Positions 61,529-64,000 of a DNA stretch of 64,000 nucleotides are shown one piece after another (the first letter of the stretch is position 1; each line of letters starts with the position of its first letter). The translations under genes were made by a program, and so were the position numbers. Location of the stretch: positions 64,001-128,000 of the forward strand of contig CAWBZV010000003.1 in the NCBI GenBank assembly GCA_963793305.1, read 5' to 3'. Origin of the DNA: an uncultured Gemmatimonadales bacterium (GTDB taxonomy: Bacteria > Gemmatimonadota > Gemmatimonadetes > Gemmatimonadales > Gemmatimonadaceae). The notes under the pieces were generated by a model. That model searched no databases, was not told where the DNA came from, and worked only from the letters and a program-made list of their open reading frames with translations.

Positions 61529-62815
61529 TTAGAGACTCCTGCCGGCGAGCGCTTCGAGCTGTGCTCGGGCAATGCCGTAGTCGTAGCGCGCCGTGACCGC
61601 GTCCTGCTCGGTGGCGACGAGCGTCGCCTCGGAGGTCAGGCGGTCGAGAATCGTCGACGCGCCGGCTTGGTACCGCGCGTCTTGCACGCGCAGATCTTCT
61701 GTCGCTTGCACCACGGCCGCTTGGGCGAGCCGTATTCTCTCCCCAGCGACATTCAGATTGGCGAGCCCACGCTCGGCCGCGGCCCGCGCTTCTCGTTTCG
61801 TATCCGCCCTCGTGGCACTCGCGGCGTCCGCCTCGGCGTCAGCCCTCGACACCCCGTCCTCGCGTTGAAATCCGTCGAAGATCGGATAGACGACACCTAC
61901 TCGAAATTGCCACGCTTGGCCGCCATCAATGAGCGGCCCACGCGTCGCGGGCTGACTGTACACGGAGTAGCCGCCGCTGGCGTTGATCGTCGGAAAGTAC
62001 TGCGATTTGGCGGCGCGCACCGACGCAGTTGCCGCGTCCGCGGTCGCGTCAGCGGAGCGCACCGACGGTCCGCCGGCCACAATGAGATCCACCATCTCGC
62101 GATCTGATACCGGGAGCGGGCGCACGATCGTCGAGTCCGCCTCGTTCGCGCCAACCGCGCGGCCGAGTCCGGTCACGCGGCCGAGCTCGAATGCGGCGCT
62201 CGTGCACTGTGCCTGCGCGGCGAGTAAGGCCTCCTTTGCCGACGAGAGCTCGACGCCGGCGCGTAGCACATCCGACCTGAACGACGTCCCGGCCTCCAGC
62301 CGATGCTGCGCCACGCTCAACGCTTCTTGATCTCTCGCGAGCCGTGCCTCCGAAACTTTTATCAAGTCAGACGCGCGGAGGACGTCCAGAAACGCGACCT
62401 CGACGGTAAGCCTTGCGCCGTACGTGCGATCGACCAGCGATGCATCGGCCGCCGTACGCTCGGCGTCAGCCGCTCGTCGCTGCGCTCCGCGTCGGCCGGC
62501 AGTAAAGAGATCCAGCGAAGCGAGGACCCCCGTGCCGTATGTCGGGCCAGGCAGCGCGAGGGACAGCGGCGGTTCGGGCGAGGCTAAGTCGGCGTTTGAG
62601 AAATTCGCCTGATACGCGATCTGGGGCAGAAATGCGCCGACTGCGAGTCGCTGCTGTGATCGGGCTTCCCAAACGTTGGCCTTGCCGCGCGCGACATCCG
62701 GGCTCGCGCTCGCGGCGTGCGCCAATGCGTCGGCCAAAGAAATTGTCGTGTCGACTTGGGCGTGGGCGGAAAGTGCACATGCCGACGACACAGCGATAAC
62801 GCGCGCGATGTTCAC
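61529..62815 (-). CDS. TolC family outer membrane protein
   Basis: AFLPQ, DLFTAG, YFPTI, PIFDG, RYQAGAS..LEALAGRSL. Confidence 0.92.
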   Translation of the reverse strand: MNIARVIAVSSACALSAHAQVDTTISLADALAHAASASPDVARGKANVWEARSQQRLAVGAFLPQIAYQANFSNADLASPEPPLSLALPGPTYGTGVLASLDLFTAGRRGAQRRAADAERTAADASLVDRTYGARLTVEVAFLDVLRASDLIKVSEARLARDQEALSVAQHRLEAGTSFRSDVLRAGVELSSAKEALLAAQAQCTSAAFELGRVTGLGRAVGANEADSTIVRPLPVSDREMVDLIVAGGPSVRSADATADAATASVRAAKSQYFPTINASGGYSVYSQPATRGPLIDGGQAWQFRVGVVYPIFDGFQREDGVSRADAEADAASATRADTKREARAAAERGLANLNVAGERIRLAQAAVVQATEDLRVQDARYQAGASTILDRLTSEATLVATEQDAVTARYDYGIARAQLEALAGRSL

Positions 62816-62879
62816 ACCGCAATGTCATCTGACCGGGCGGTCAGGAAAATGCAGAAACTTGCGGCCGAATGATCCTTTC

Positions 62880-63738
62880 TTAAGCTACCTGCGTCTCGCG
62901 CCAGCCACCGGGCGGCGTCCCGTGACGTTTCGCGAACTGGCGTATGAAATATGAGACATTGTCATAACCAACGGCCGACGCAATAGCGTGCAGCGGCTGA
63001 TCCGTGTCGATCAGCAATCGCTCGGCCTCACGCATGCGCCGCTCGATGATCCACTGCAGAACCGTCCGTCCGGTCTCTTCGCGCACGGCGTGCGTGAGAT
63101 ACGCCGGCGACCGGTCCACGGCCTTCGCCACGTCGGCGAGCCCAATCGGCGACCGATAGCGCGTCTCTATCACCTGAAAGACATCGCGCACGAGCTGCGT
63201 GGCAGCATTGGACTCGCACGAATGGCAGAGCGCGAGATCATTCGGCACCGGACGCAGCCGCGCGACATCCGTCAACACCAAATTGATGAGCGACGGCAGC
63301 GCCGAATGCTCGGCCTCGGCGTGACGTTCGAGCTCACCTTGCATGAGATCGAGCTCGGCCACGAGACGCGAGATTTGGCCCTCGTCAGCATGGAAGCGCA
63401 ACACCGTGCCGACGCGAGCGAGCAGCTGCGACGGCAGTCCACGCGGACGCGCCTCCAAGCAGAGCGCGATCGCATGTCGCGCAAACGAAGCGACCCAGTA
63501 TGTCGAACGTCCCGAACGTATGTGCATCGAACGGGATTCCAGGCGCGAAGAGATAGACATCGCCTTCGGCGTGGAGCGTCGGGCCAAGCACGGCCTTCTG
63601 TGGACACTCCGGGCCATCGACGACGACGAGCGTGTAACGAAGCTCAGGCCACACGGGCGCGCGAAACACGATCGGCTCCAACCGCCGTCTACGCCAGAGC
63701 GCTACGCCCGTCCGTGCGCTATTCTCGATGGGGGACAT
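62880..63738 (-). CDS. AraC family regulator, frameshift near 63505
   Basis: IGLADVAKAVDRSPAYL...IASAVGYDNVSYFIRQFAKRHGTPP; cupin-like N-terminus (EGDVYLFAPG) in another frame. Confidence 0.85.
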
Positions 63739-63755
63739 TGCCTGTATACAATCCA

Positions 63756-64000
63756 ATGACTACTCCTGTGGTTCCGACTGACGTTATCCTCAAGCGCTTC
63801 GAGACTCCCGACGAAGTGCGTGAAATGGTGAAGGGCAAATTCGAGATCGTGCGACTCGGCGGCATGACAATCGGCCGGGCGACGTACGAGCCCGGTTGGC
63901 GGTGGTCCGAACACGTGGGACCCGGCGTCGGCGCGACGCGGTGCTCGGTCGAGCACGTCGGGATGGTACTGTCAGGAACCGCCACGGCGGCTCTCGAAGA
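63756..64000 (+). CDS. cupin domain protein, 3' truncated by window edge
   Basis: MTTPVVPTDVILKRFETPDEVR..GKFEIV..IGRATYEPGWRWSEHVG...CSVEHVGMVLSG. Confidence 0.85.
   Translation, partial: MTTPVVPTDVILKRFETPDEVREMVKGKFEIVRLGGMTIGRATYEPGWRWSEHVGPGVGATRCSVEHVGMVLSGTATAALE

Noticed and set aside
60293..62107. 604-aa plus-strand ORF (and 49041..50870)
   Set aside because: Antisense to well-supported RND/TolC and phosphatase genes; Arg-rich shadow frames

Overview
A high-GC bacterial chromosomal window. The gene style (many lipoproteins, an Oar-type TonB-dependent receptor, TPR/CHAT proteins, near-leaderless genes) suggests Gemmatimonadota, but this is inference. It opens with an ilvD-ilvB-ilvN-ilvC-leuA operon under a leader-peptide attenuator, then an ABC pair and an orphan virD4/traG-traF pair with no other conjugation genes. 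At 13.8-16.3 kb a receiver-AraC regulator, an unannotated 51-aa lipoprotein-type peptide and an HTH-less TPR protein form a cassette resembling a Rap-Phr/RRNPP peptide-signalling module; this is the best candidate for an undescribed system. Further on are a c-di-GMP-I riboswitch ahead of a single-domain response regulator, a TonB-dependent receptor, flotillin/NfeD, and a 2.4-kb integrase-less islet at tRNA-Cys carrying an AAA/DUF4143 ATPase and a PD-(D/E)xK nuclease. The last third has Kelch-CHAT, a phosphatase-diheme peroxidase pair, an M1 peptidase and an RND efflux cluster. Several genes, including housekeeping ones, carry single-base frameshifts that are most simply explained as long-read consensus errors.
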